A stretch of DNA of 47,343 nt from Minisyncoccia bacterium (GCA_049274895.1 JBASTM010000014.1:1-47343); one strand, 5' to 3'; positions 22,972 through 31,395 are shown, numbered from the stretch's first letter. Program-made: numbers and translations. The notes: generated by a model not told the origin, from the sequence alone.

Positions 22972-24723
22972 ATGAAAGAAAACATCTATATTGATCTTAA
23001 CGAGGATATCCAATCTGTGATCCAAAAGGTTCAAGAAGCCGAAACAGAAAATTTGGATTTGGTGGTGCCTACCGGAGCCAGAGTCCTTCAAAATATCGTT
23101 GACGCTCATTTAATAAAAGAAGCCGGAGACGAAAACGGCAAGATTTTGACGGTGGTCACCAACGATCTGATGGGCCGGATCTTTGCGGAAAGAGCCGGAT
23201 TGGCCATATCCGGCCGGGTGAGCGGAAGCGAAAGTATCCGCTCGGTTAAAACATCAATCAATACCGGCCGGATCAGCGATATTATTCCCAGAAAAAAAAC
23301 CGCACCCGCTAATTTTTTATCTAACAGCCCCAATTTTTCCTTAAAACCATCTTTAGCCAAGGCCAAAGCACCACCCCCCAAACTAAGCCGTGGTTCCAAA
23401 GTTGGTGAAAAGAAGTCGGAAAATTTTTTCTCGCCTCGGAGCAAAGGCGAGACCGGAGCCGATTTTCTCAAATCTTACCGTGAGGAAAGAACCAAAGCCA
23501 ACGTTTTTAAGGAACTCCGCGAGATAAATAAAGTAAGGTCGGTGGGGCCCTTTCGGTTTGGTCCCGCTTTCTGGGTGGGTGTTGTGGTGGTGGTCGCGGC
23601 TGTGGTCGGTTTTATTGTTTTTGGCGAAACTTTGCCGCGGGCCGAGGTCACGCTTTATCCGGCTAGAGAAATTAAAAGCACGGTGGTGGATGTTTTGATC
23701 TCCAGTGAGAATACCGCTATCAATTTAGCCAAAGGTATAATCCCGGGTGAACTGCTGACTATGGAAAAATCGGAGAGCGGCGAGTTTGCGGCCACCGGGG
23801 CCAAAGATGTTTCCGAAAAAGCCAAAGGCCAGATCACCATCTACAATAATTACTCTGCCCAGCCCCAAAACTTTATTGTTTCCAGATTCCAGGCCGAGGT
23901 TGCCTCTGGTGAGACTGGCCCAGGCAAAATATTTTGGATCACTAAAAGCATTACCGTGCCGGGCATGGTCACTAAAGACGGCCAAACGACTCCGGGCCAA
24001 ATCAGCGCGGATGTAGTCGCGGCCGAGCCCGGCGAGGCCTATAACATCGGCCCAACCAAGTTTGCTATGCCGGCGCTTAAAGGCACGCCTCGGGCAGGAA
24101 AAATTTATGCTCTTTCCGAAGCTCCCATGACCGGTGGCAAGACGGGCCGCGCCAGTGTGGTCTCCCAAGATGATGCAGCTCGAGCGGCGGATGAATTAAA
24201 GGAAAAATTAAAACCCCAACTTGATGAGTTTAAGAAAAATCTGCCTAATGGTTTCCAGTTCTGGCCGGAGGCCTATAACGAGGAGTTAGCCGACAGCTCC
24301 ACCAGCCCCGAGCTGGGTGTGAGCGCCGAGAAATTTAATGCCGCCATAAAAATAGTGGCCCGGGCGGTGATATTTAAGAGCCAGGATTTGGATGCTTACA
24401 TCAACCAGCAAATATCTTCGACCCTAGATTCGGGCAAGGTGGCGCTGTCTTCGAGTAAAGAAGTATCTTTCTTAAAGCCGCCGGTGGTGGACTACCAAAA
24501 AGGCATTGCGAGCGCCGCTTTGAGCGTCAAATATGATGTTATAGACGAACTGGATACCGAATCTTTCAAAAAGGAAATTTTAGGCCAGCAGGAAAAAGAT
24601 ATTAAAAAAGTATTTTCGGTCTATAAAAACATAGAGCGGGTGGAGGTGGAACTCTCGCCGTTTTGGGTGCGCGCCGTCAGCTCCAACCCGGACAGAGTTA
24701 AGATAAAGGTGGTGGGGTTGTAG
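22972..24723 (+). CDS. Hypothetical protein with one central TM segment
   Basis: 583-aa ORF with native composition. TM FWVGVVVVVAAVVGFIVF. No family recognised. Confidence 0.65.
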   Translation: MKENIYIDLNEDIQSVIQKVQEAETENLDLVVPTGARVLQNIVDAHLIKEAGDENGKILTVVTNDLMGRIFAERAGLAISGRVSGSESIRSVKTSINTGRISDIIPRKKTAPANFLSNSPNFSLKPSLAKAKAPPPKLSRGSKVGEKKSENFFSPRSKGETGADFLKSYREERTKANVFKELREINKVRSVGPFRFGPAFWVGVVVVVAAVVGFIVFGETLPRAEVTLYPAREIKSTVVDVLISSENTAINLAKGIIPGELLTMEKSESGEFAATGAKDVSEKAKGQITIYNNYSAQPQNFIVSRFQAEVASGETGPGKIFWITKSITVPGMVTKDGQTTPGQISADVVAAEPGEAYNIGPTKFAMPALKGTPRAGKIYALSEAPMTGGKTGRASVVSQDDAARAADELKEKLKPQLDEFKKNLPNGFQFWPEAYNEELADSSTSPELGVSAEKFNAAIKIVARAVIFKSQDLDAYINQQISSTLDSGKVALSSSKEVSFLKPPVVDYQKGIASAALSVKYDVIDELDTESFKKEILGQQEKDIKKVFSVYKNIERVEVELSPFWVRAVSSNPDRVKIKVVGL

Positions 24724-24760
24724 CTTATAAAATCGGGATTTTAAGTCGTCTTTTCCTTTG

Positions 24761-24789
24761 TTGACGGCATTTATTTTGTTTGTTATACT
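24761..24789 (+). promoter_or_regulatory. Promoter TTGACG-17-(TG)TTATACT upstream of infA
   Basis: TTGACG 24761-24766, TATACT 24784-24789 with TG at 24881-equivalent -15/-14 positions (24781-24782). Spacer counted as 17. Confidence 0.6.
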
Positions 24790-24806
24790 CCCTGCGTTAC
24801 TAAATA

Positions 24807-25022
24807 ATGAAAAAAGACGCTATCCGCAAGGAAGGGGTGGTCACTGAGGCGTTGCCCAGTGCCACTTTTAAGGTCAAGCTGGATGATGGTACGGAGGTTT
24901 TAGCCCATCTTTCAGGCAAGATGAGGCTTAATTTTATTCGCATTCTGCCGGGCGATAGGGTAACATTGGAGTTTTCGCCTTACGATGATAAAAGGGCGAG
25001 GATAGTGTATCGCGGCCGATAG
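24807..25022 (+). CDS. infA: Translation initiation factor IF-1
   Basis: 71 aa. [41 protein letters not shown] is the classic S1-fold IF-1 sequence. Confidence 0.95.
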   Translation: MKKDAIRKEGVVTEALPSATFKVKLDDGTEVLAHLSGKMRLNFIRILPGDRVTLEFSPYDDKRARIVYRGR

Positions 25023-25184
25023 TAATTGTCATGAACCCCAGCACCAAAGCCCGTTCGTGTATCTCGCTAGAATAATTTTATCTGCGATTTCGCCTGCGGC
25101 TTCGGTGATTCACTGCCGAGATTATCAATCGGCTTGGTGCGGGGTTGCATATTTGTAGCTGTTCGCTACGCTCACAGACAAAAT

Positions 25185-25301
25185 ATGAAAGTTCAACCAT
25201 CGGTTAAAAAAATGTGCAATAAGTGTAAAATGGTTCGCAGGAAGGGTCGGATTTATGTTATTTGTTCAAATCCCAAGCATAAACAACGCCAAGGCGCATG
25301 A
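25185..25301 (+). CDS. rpmJ: 50S ribosomal protein L36
   Basis: Own translation: [38 protein letters not shown] (38 aa). Below the ORF-track cutoff. ATGA overlap with rpsM. Confidence 0.9.
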   Translation: MKVQPSVKKMCNKCKMVRRKGRIYVICSNPKHKQRQGA

Positions 25302-25684
25302 GAATTGCCGGTATAAACATTCCAGACGACAAAAGAGTTGAAATCGCCCTCACCTATATTTTCGGTGTGGGTTTGACTTTGTCCCAGCAGATTCTATCGG
25401 CCACCAAGATAGATTCCAACAAGCGGGCCAAGGATTTGACCTCGGATGAGGCCAATAAGGTTAAAGAATATATTGAAAAGAATTTTAAGATAGAAGGCGA
25501 ATTAAAAAGAGAGATAACCCAGAATATCAAAAGAAAAAAAGACATCGGCAGTTATCAGGGTATCAGGCATATCAGAGGCTTGCCGGTGAGAGGCCAGCAA
25601 ACCAAGACCAATAGTCGCACCCGCCGGGGCAATACTAGAAAAACAATGGGTTCGGGTCGAAAACCAACGGCGCAGAAGACGTAA
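25298..25684 (+). CDS. rpsM: 30S ribosomal protein S13
   Basis: 128 aa. [25 protein letters not shown]..., [18 protein letters not shown]. Confidence 0.95.
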   Translation: MRIAGINIPDDKRVEIALTYIFGVGLTLSQQILSATKIDSNKRAKDLTSDEANKVKEYIEKNFKIEGELKREITQNIKRKKDIGSYQGIRHIRGLPVRGQQTKTNSRTRRGNTRKTMGSGRKPTAQKT

Positions 25685-25804
25685 AAAATTCCGTAAAATC
25701 ATCATTCCTCGCAGACGACACGGAGTCCTCTTTATTGTAGATACTGTCTTCTCCGTGATGCTGCTCGGAACAATGATTTTACTTTTGAAACAGATAAAAT
25801 TGGC

Positions 25805-26251
25805 ATGGGAAAAAAGAGAATCATAGAAAAAGAAGCGGCTTCGGGCGAAACATCGTCCGGTACCAAAGATAAGAGTCAAGCTCCAGCTGGGCGCCGGGTG
25901 GGCGTGGTGGAAAAAGGCCGGGTGTATATTCAGGCCAGCTATAACAATACCCTGGTCAGTTTTACCGATGAGAACGGCAATTTGTTGGCCCAATCTTCGG
26001 CCGGCGGTTTGGGTTTTAAGGGTCCCCGCAAAGCCACGCCCTACGCGGCTAGCCGGATCATAGAATCCTTGGGAGAAAAGATGAGAAAAGTTGGCTTGCG
26101 GGATATAACCGTTTTTGTGAAGGGCATTGGCTCGGGCCGCGAGGCCGCGGTCAGGGCTTTGGTGGGACAAGGGCTTAACATCACGTCAATCAAGGATATT
26201 ACGCCGATACCGCATAACGGGCCAAAATCGCCCAAACCCCGCAGAGTCTAA
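25805..26251 (+). CDS. rpsK: 30S ribosomal protein S11
   Basis: 148 aa. GRVYIQASYNNTLVSFTDENGN...GFKGPRKATPYAA. Confidence 0.95.
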   Translation: MGKKRIIEKEAASGETSSGTKDKSQAPAGRRVGVVEKGRVYIQASYNNTLVSFTDENGNLLAQSSAGGLGFKGPRKATPYAASRIIESLGEKMRKVGLRDITVFVKGIGSGREAAVRALVGQGLNITSIKDITPIPHNGPKSPKPRRV

Positions 26252-26298
26252 GGGTTTTGTATAAATAACATGATTATTGAATCAAAACAGTTAAAGGT

Positions 26299-26408
26299 CA
26301 GAGTATACCCCTCACAGTTCGGGGTGCTCAATTTTATAGCTATTCACTTCGTTCAGAGTATACCCCTCACAGTTCGGGGTGCTCAATTTTATAGCTATTC
26401 ACTTCGTC
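26299..26408 (+). repeat. Tandem duplication of a 55-nt unit (CAGAGTATACCCCTCACAGTTCGGGGTGCTCAATTTTATAGCTATTCACTTCGTT) in the rpsK-rpsD spacer
   Basis: Units at 26299-26353 and 26354-26408, essentially identical. Each contains the hairpin CCCCTCACAGTTCGGGG and the GCTCAATTTTAT box. Confidence 0.9.
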
Positions 26409-26444
26409 CCGCTGAGCGGGACTTCGTTCATAGATAAAATTGGC

Positions 26445-27050
26445 ATGTATCAAATAACTTGTAAAAAATGCCGGCGCTTGGGTTATAAGATTTGTGATTC
26501 GGTTAAATGCGGCTTGATTCGCAAACCTTATCCGCCCGGCCAGCACGGCAAAAACGCCCGGCGCAGGGTGTCGGAGTTCGGCCAGCAGCTGGCCGAAAAA
26601 CAAAAGCTCAAACTTATCTATGGTGTCCGGGAGAAGCAATTTAGAAGATATTTTGATTTTGCTTCCCAAAAAAGGGGTGTTACTCCGCAGATATTGATGG
26701 GGCTCTTGGAAAGCCGGCTTGATAATGTTGTTTTCCGGCTGGGCTTGGTTACCACCCGGAGTGCCGCGAGGCAGTTGGTTGGCCACGGCCATATATTGGT
26801 CAACGGTAAAAAAGTGCACTCGCCTTCATATGCGGTCAGACCCGGGGACTTGATTGATATTAAGGAGTCAACCAAATCGGGCCAGCTGTTTGGCAACACC
26901 CGCACGATTTTGAAAAAGTTTTCTCCGCCCATGTGGTTGGAGTTGGATAAAGAAAAATTGTCGGCTAAGGTTTTGGCGGCGCCGGATAAAGATTTTCTGG
27001 CCGGGATTCCGGTGCAAGTTTCCAAAGTTTTGGAATATTATTCAAGATAA
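26445..27050 (+). CDS. rpsD: 30S ribosomal protein S4
   Basis: Internal ATG at 26445 of track ORF 26379..27050; the upstream 22 codons are repeat-derived. PPGQHGKN..., LESRLDNVVFRLG, S4 domain. Confidence 0.9.
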   Translation: MYQITCKKCRRLGYKICDSVKCGLIRKPYPPGQHGKNARRRVSEFGQQLAEKQKLKLIYGVREKQFRRYFDFASQKRGVTPQILMGLLESRLDNVVFRLGLVTTRSAARQLVGHGHILVNGKKVHSPSYAVRPGDLIDIKESTKSGQLFGNTRTILKKFSPPMWLELDKEKLSAKVLAAPDKDFLAGIPVQVSKVLEYYSR

Positions 27051-27103
27051 TAATTCCGCTCCAGCTAGTCCCACAAGGATCAACCTGGACGGTTACAAAA
27101 ATC

Positions 27104-27859
27104 ATGCAAAAATTTTCACTGCCGCAGCCGCCCAAAATTATGAGCCGATCCGGCAACTCGGCGACCATAGAAGTTGATGCGCTTTATCCGGGCTATGGCA
27201 CTACTTTAGGCAATGCCTTAAGACGGGTGCTGCTCTCTTCCATTCCCGGCGCGGCCATAACTTCGGTAAAAATTGCCGGTGTGGATCACGAGTTTTCCAC
27301 CATTGCCAACGTGATGGAGGATGTCATTCATATCCTACTTAACCTAAAACAGGTTAGGTTTAAGTTGCATAGCGATGAAAGCGTTGCCATAAAACTTTCG
27401 GTTAAGGGCGAAAAAAAGGTTACGGCGGCTGATTTTCAAACGGTCTCTGGCCAAGTGGAAGTGGTCAACCCCGACTTATACATCGCCACTTTAACCGACA
27501 AAAAAGCCAATTTAGAAATAGAAGCCGAGGTGTCTACGGGGGTGGGCTATGAGCCGGTGGAGCGCCGCAAGAAAGAAAAGATAGCTATTGGCAGTATCGC
27601 TTTGGATGCCATTTATACGCCCGTCAGAAAAGTTAAATTTACGGTGGTTAATATGCGGGTGGGCGACCGCACCGATTTTAATAAACTGGTTTTTGAGATA
27701 GAAACCGACGGCTCGGTACGGCCGGAAGTCGCTTTTAAGAAAGCTGTTGATATTCTGGATGAGCATATCAAGATTTTGGGCGGCATAGATATTCCTGTCG
27801 AAGAAGAGAAAAAAGAAGTGGAGGTTAAAAAGGTTAGGAAGTCCAAGAAATCAGAATAG
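27104..27859 (+). CDS. rpoA: DNA-directed RNA polymerase alpha subunit, N-terminal domain only (no alpha-CTD)
   Basis: 251 aa. GYGTTLGNALRRVLLSSIPGAAITSVKI... Ends in a Lys/Glu-rich tail where the CTD would begin. Confidence 0.85.
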   Translation: MQKFSLPQPPKIMSRSGNSATIEVDALYPGYGTTLGNALRRVLLSSIPGAAITSVKIAGVDHEFSTIANVMEDVIHILLNLKQVRFKLHSDESVAIKLSVKGEKKVTAADFQTVSGQVEVVNPDLYIATLTDKKANLEIEAEVSTGVGYEPVERRKKEKIAIGSIALDAIYTPVRKVKFTVVNMRVGDRTDFNKLVFEIETDGSVRPEVAFKKAVDILDEHIKILGGIDIPVEEEKKEVEVKKVRKSKKSE

Positions 27860-27880
27860 GGCTTATAGGTCCTATAAGGT
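27860..27880 (+). repeat. R2 9-nt repeat family, copy 2
   Basis: GGCTTATAGGTCCTATAAGGT between the rpoA stop and the rplQ ATG. Confidence 0.7.
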
Positions 27881-27882
27881 TT

Positions 27883-28233
27883 ATGAAACACCAAAGCAGG
27901 AAGGGCAGAAAATTCGGCCGAGTCAAAAAAGTAAGGCGAGCGCTTTTGAAAAGCTTGGCGGTGGCTTTGATTGACCAAGGCCGAATAAAAACCACCGAGG
28001 CCAAGGCCAAGGAACTAGCCCAAGTTATAGCGCCTTGGGTTACCAAGGCCAAAAAAGGGGGATTAGCCAGTATTAGGGAGCTCGCCAAAGTTTTGCCGCC
28101 GAGTTCGGTTAGCAAATTGGTTAAAGATATTGGCCCTAAATACCAATCCCGGAGTGGCGGTTACACGCGCATTATCAGATCGGGCGAAGTCAGGAAGGAT
28201 GGGGCGAGGCTGTGCTATATAGAGTTCGTATAG
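27883..28233 (+). CDS. rplQ: 50S ribosomal protein L17
   Basis: 116 aa. GRKFGRVKKVRRALLKSLAVALIDQGRIKTTEAKAKEL. Confidence 0.9.
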   Translation: MKHQSRKGRKFGRVKKVRRALLKSLAVALIDQGRIKTTEAKAKELAQVIAPWVTKAKKGGLASIRELAKVLPPSSVSKLVKDIGPKYQSRSGGYTRIIRSGEVRKDGARLCYIEFV

Positions 28234-28272
28234 CGCAATGCCAATATACGAATTCGTGCGAATGACACGAAT
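28234..28272 (+). repeat. R1 repeat copy 4
   Basis: GCGCAATGCCAATATACGAATTCGTGCGAATGACACGAAT fills the whole rplQ-rplM gap. Confidence 0.75.
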
Positions 28273-28641
28273 ATGAATACAAATAAAGAATATAAATTTG
28301 ATGCCGGGGGGCAAATATTAGGTCGGCTGGCCACCCAAGTGGCGGTGGTTTTGCGCGGCAAAGATAGCGCCGCGTTTTCTCCCAATAATCCCGATCTAAC
28401 CAGAACAGTTGTGGTTTTTAACACCGATAAGTTAAAATTTACCGGCCATAAACTAGAGGACAAAAAATATTTTAGACATTCCGGCTATCCGGGCGGCATC
28501 AGCCAGCGGACCTTGGGGGAACGGCTGGCCAAAGATTCACGGGGAGTTTTAAGAGACGCTGTCTACGGGATGCTGCCTAAAAACAGATTGCGCGATAAAT
28601 TTATCAGAAACTTAAAGATATATAAGGGAGAAATAAAATAA
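28273..28641 (+). CDS. rplM: 50S ribosomal protein L13
   Basis: 122 aa. ILGRLATQVAVVLRGKD...FRHSGYPGG...MLPKN. Confidence 0.9.
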   Translation: MNTNKEYKFDAGGQILGRLATQVAVVLRGKDSAAFSPNNPDLTRTVVVFNTDKLKFTGHKLEDKKYFRHSGYPGGISQRTLGERLAKDSRGVLRDAVYGMLPKNRLRDKFIRNLKIYKGEIK

Positions 28642-28642
28642 A

Positions 28643-29182
28643 ATGCCTGCCAAAACTCAAACTAAAAAAGAGAAAGTCTTGATCCCGCTTGCGCCGGTGA
28701 TCGTGGAGACTAAAGAGGATGTGGAGGAACATGAAGACACAGCCGGTGTTTTCAGCGCGGAGAGAAAAGACACCAAAAGGTATTTTGAAGCGGTGGGCCG
28801 GCGCAAGCGGGCTATGGCTCGAGTCAGGATCTTTACGGCTAACCCCAAAGAATCGGCGGCCCAAGGCGGTTTTGTGGTCAACGGCAAAACCTTAAAAGAT
28901 TATTTTAGATTGCCTCAGCTTATAGAGCTGGCTTTGGAGTCTTTAAGCAAGTTGAAAGCGGCCGATCATTTTAGAGTCTCGGTTAAACTGGCCGGCGGCG
29001 GCGCGAGCTCGCAGGCCGAGGCGGTGCGCTTGGGCATAGCCAGGGCCTTGATAAAATTTGACCAGAACTTTAGAAAAAAACTCAAAAAGTCCGGTCTATT
29101 ATCGCGCGACCCGCGCGAAAAAGAACGCCGCAAATACGGTTTGAAAAAAGCAAGGCGTGCACCACAGTTTAGCAAGCGATAA
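28643..29182 (+). CDS. rpsI: 30S ribosomal protein S9 with an ~45-aa N-terminal extension
   Basis: 179 aa. GRRKRAMARV..., GGGASSQAEAVRLGIARAL, C-terminal RRKYGLKKARRAPQFSKR. Confidence 0.9.
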   Translation: MPAKTQTKKEKVLIPLAPVIVETKEDVEEHEDTAGVFSAERKDTKRYFEAVGRRKRAMARVRIFTANPKESAAQGGFVVNGKTLKDYFRLPQLIELALESLSKLKAADHFRVSVKLAGGGASSQAEAVRLGIARALIKFDQNFRKKLKKSGLLSRDPREKERRKYGLKKARRAPQFSKR

Positions 29183-29465
29183 AGTATTTTTTGGCACTTT
29201 CCCGAGTTGCCCAACTGTAAGCCGCAGCCCCGTACTGAACCGCAGGTTCTAGTACTGGGGCCAGACGCGCTCCGCAGTTTTCAAAACGATAGTTTTGAGA
29301 ACGAGGAGCGAGGGAAGGGACAAAGACATAATATGTCTTTGTCGGAAACGGTAGTTTCCCGCGGAGGAAACATTAAAACCGAGTGGTTTTAAGGAGGAGC
29401 GAAATTTCTTGAGCGACGACGCTCCGCAGTTCTCGAAACGTTAAAGGATAAAGATTCTAACCTAT

Positions 29466-29494
29466 AAAATCTCTCCACTAGTGGAGAGATTTTA
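29466..29494. terminator. Bidirectional intrinsic terminator between convergent rpsI and the 622-aa minus-strand gene
   Basis: AAAA-TCTCTCCAC-TA-GTGGAGAGA-TTTT. A-tract and T-tract flank a 9-bp stem. Confidence 0.75.
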
Positions 29495-29526
29495 ATTTAA
29501 TAATAGTTTGCGATGTCTTTAATATT

Positions 29527-31395
29527 TTAAACTTCAGGATTGCCTGTCCTGAGCGTAGCCGAAGGGCGAAGACGGAACACAAACTTGTTGCCTGGTTCCC
29601 GCCCGTCGCCGGATCTCGCCCAACGGTCGTTCAGCCACAAACTGCCGCCGTCGCGATCCAGCGCGAAGACGCTCGGGTGGCCGTCGGAGCCGGTTATTTG
29701 CTTCATGCCCATATAAATCCATTCATCTAAAGGTTGGTTTAAAGGTTGGTTTCGATACTTCAGACAGTAGTTGGGACCGGTATCGGCCGGACATAATTCA
29801 AGTCCGAGAATTTGAGCGCGTTCGTAGATTTGATCGGTCGTAGTGCTGCTTTTTAATCCGAGATCGGCTACGGTCAAACGAATGAGCGTGGCCTCCTCAG
29901 GATTTTTGCCCGGCACGAATTCCCTGTTCTTAAGCATTGATTTCGTATAGTCGGAAATATTGATGCCGGCCGCTTCCATTTCGGAAATGAGTTGCTCGGC
30001 CGACTTGCCTCCGATCTCGACATTAACTCTCGCAATTTTCTTATCGGGAAACGACGTGTAGACGTGCTCCAGATTCCCCGGCAGTTTCTGGAATATGCCC
30101 GGTTCAAGCTGGCCGACATACGCTTTGGTGTTTTCGTTAATCTGGCTCGGCACGTGAGCGATTTGTTCTCTGACGCATTCAAATATGACCAGCATGTCTT
30201 CTTCGGCATTTCTGCCTTGGCGAAGCTCGGCAATGCGAGGGTCTTTTCGATAGGCGAAGCCTTCGATTGTTCCATTGATTTCGTACAGCAAAACAAGATC
30301 ATCTTTGGTGAACGGCTGGCCATCTTCATGCTTCTTCTCAAGGGCGGTGAGCATTCGCATGTCCTCGCTTTTCTTGCGGTAGGCGTCCGCTTCACCTCCG
30401 AATTCCGAAAGCTTACTGTCGAGAGCTTCTTGCATGACCGGCTCGACTCCTTGATGGGGTAAAATGCCTCTCACTTCGCCGATCCTGTTGTCTCCATCCA
30501 TGCGGATCGCAAGACGAGGTTGGGTCGGAGCGCCCGATGAATCATTGGTGTAATACACATAAAAATCGCCGCTTTCTATTTGGGTCTCGGCGGTGGACCG
30601 TCCGGCCGTGCACCAGCCGGTGCCTTTACCTTCAAGAGATTCAAATAGCGTTTCAGCCGCCGCGTTGTCGCCCTGCTCGTACTTGACCCACTGTCCGTGG
30701 ACTTCCTCACGGCTTTCCATCGAGGCGGCAAGGGACTTGGAAATGAGCTCGGCATACAAGGTCGGAAATTTCCTGTCGAACTCTCGGCGAGCTTCCGAAT
30801 CCTTGTTGTCGTCCTTGACCCGCTCATAGAGATCGGCGATCTGCGCGAGCGGTTCTCGGTAGATGTCCGGATACGGGGCGACCGTGCTGTCGGTGCGTTT
30901 CTTAAACTCACCGCGTTCCTTGTCGAATTGCGAGAGCTTGATGATCTGATTCCAGGCGTAGTACTTAAACCAGGCCGGATAAACGGCGTCGTCCGAAGTG
31001 AGGTAGTCTATCCAGGCGTCGAGCGACACCCTCTGGTCTTCGATGGCGACGTCCATCATTTGTTCCCGAACGTCGGCTGGAATTTCCTCCACCGCTTGCC
31101 CGCGTTCTCGAGCTATTCGTTTTTGGAGCTCAAAGTAGCTGTCCGGAAAATTCTCTCTTTTTATGATGAGAGCGTCGTATATCTTGTCACGAAACATTTC
31201 GAGGTTACGCTCGCGTTTCCGTTCATCGGGGTTCAAAAAGATGTTCTCCAGCCGATCCATGTAGGCCTCGATGCGTTCGGCCGGGTCGTTGGGCACTTTT
31301 TCACCCGTTTTCTGTTCATCGCGTTCAACCGCCCGCTGGACTTCGGGAGAGGTCTGCAGTTCGGGGTTTTTGAGATGGAGGGGGTGTTTTTCCAT
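29527..31395 (-). CDS. Hypothetical protein (622 aa), GC-elevated, monocistronic
   Basis: Long uninterrupted ORF. No family recognised. The C-terminal ...RPSATLRTGNPEV looks repeat-derived. Confidence 0.7.
   Translation of the reverse strand: MEKHPLHLKNPELQTSPEVQRAVERDEQKTGEKVPNDPAERIEAYMDRLENIFLNPDERKRERNLEMFRDKIYDALIIKRENFPDSYFELQKRIARERGQAVEEIPADVREQMMDVAIEDQRVSLDAWIDYLTSDDAVYPAWFKYYAWNQIIKLSQFDKERGEFKKRTDSTVAPYPDIYREPLAQIADLYERVKDDNKDSEARREFDRKFPTLYAELISKSLAASMESREEVHGQWVKYEQGDNAAAETLFESLEGKGTGWCTAGRSTAETQIESGDFYVYYTNDSSGAPTQPRLAIRMDGDNRIGEVRGILPHQGVEPVMQEALDSKLSEFGGEADAYRKKSEDMRMLTALEKKHEDGQPFTKDDLVLLYEINGTIEGFAYRKDPRIAELRQGRNAEEDMLVIFECVREQIAHVPSQINENTKAYVGQLEPGIFQKLPGNLEHVYTSFPDKKIARVNVEIGGKSAEQLISEMEAAGINISDYTKSMLKNREFVPGKNPEEATLIRLTVADLGLKSSTTTDQIYERAQILGLELCPADTGPNYCLKYRNQPLNQPLDEWIYMGMKQITGSDGHPSVFALDRDGGSLWLNDRWARSGDGREPGNKFVFRLRPSATLRTGNPEV

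Noticed and set aside
25502-26170. 222-aa minus-strand ORF across rpsM/rpsK, and similar long antisense ORFs (10523-11035, 39439-40185, 36533-36991).
   Set aside because: They are antisense to confidently identified conserved genes and have no independent signals.
26379-26444. Upstream extension of rpsD (MLNFIAIHFVPLSGTSFIDKIG).
   Set aside because: It is encoded by the 55-nt tandem repeat and the ATAAAATTGGC box. S4 homology begins at the ATG at 26445.
29207-29392. 61-aa ORF in the rpsI downstream region.
   Set aside because: It spans a series of hairpins and repeats and has no ATG start or SD. It is most likely non-coding.
29183-29465. Possible RNase P, SRP (4.5S), 6S or tmRNA gene in the hairpin-dense region.
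   Set aside because: I could not find the conserved cores I know for these RNAs: GAGGAAAGUCCGGGC for RNase P, GGUCCGGAAGGAAGCAGCC-like for SRP domain IV, or a tmRNA tag ORF with a tRNA-like end. It is kept only as an unclassified structured region.
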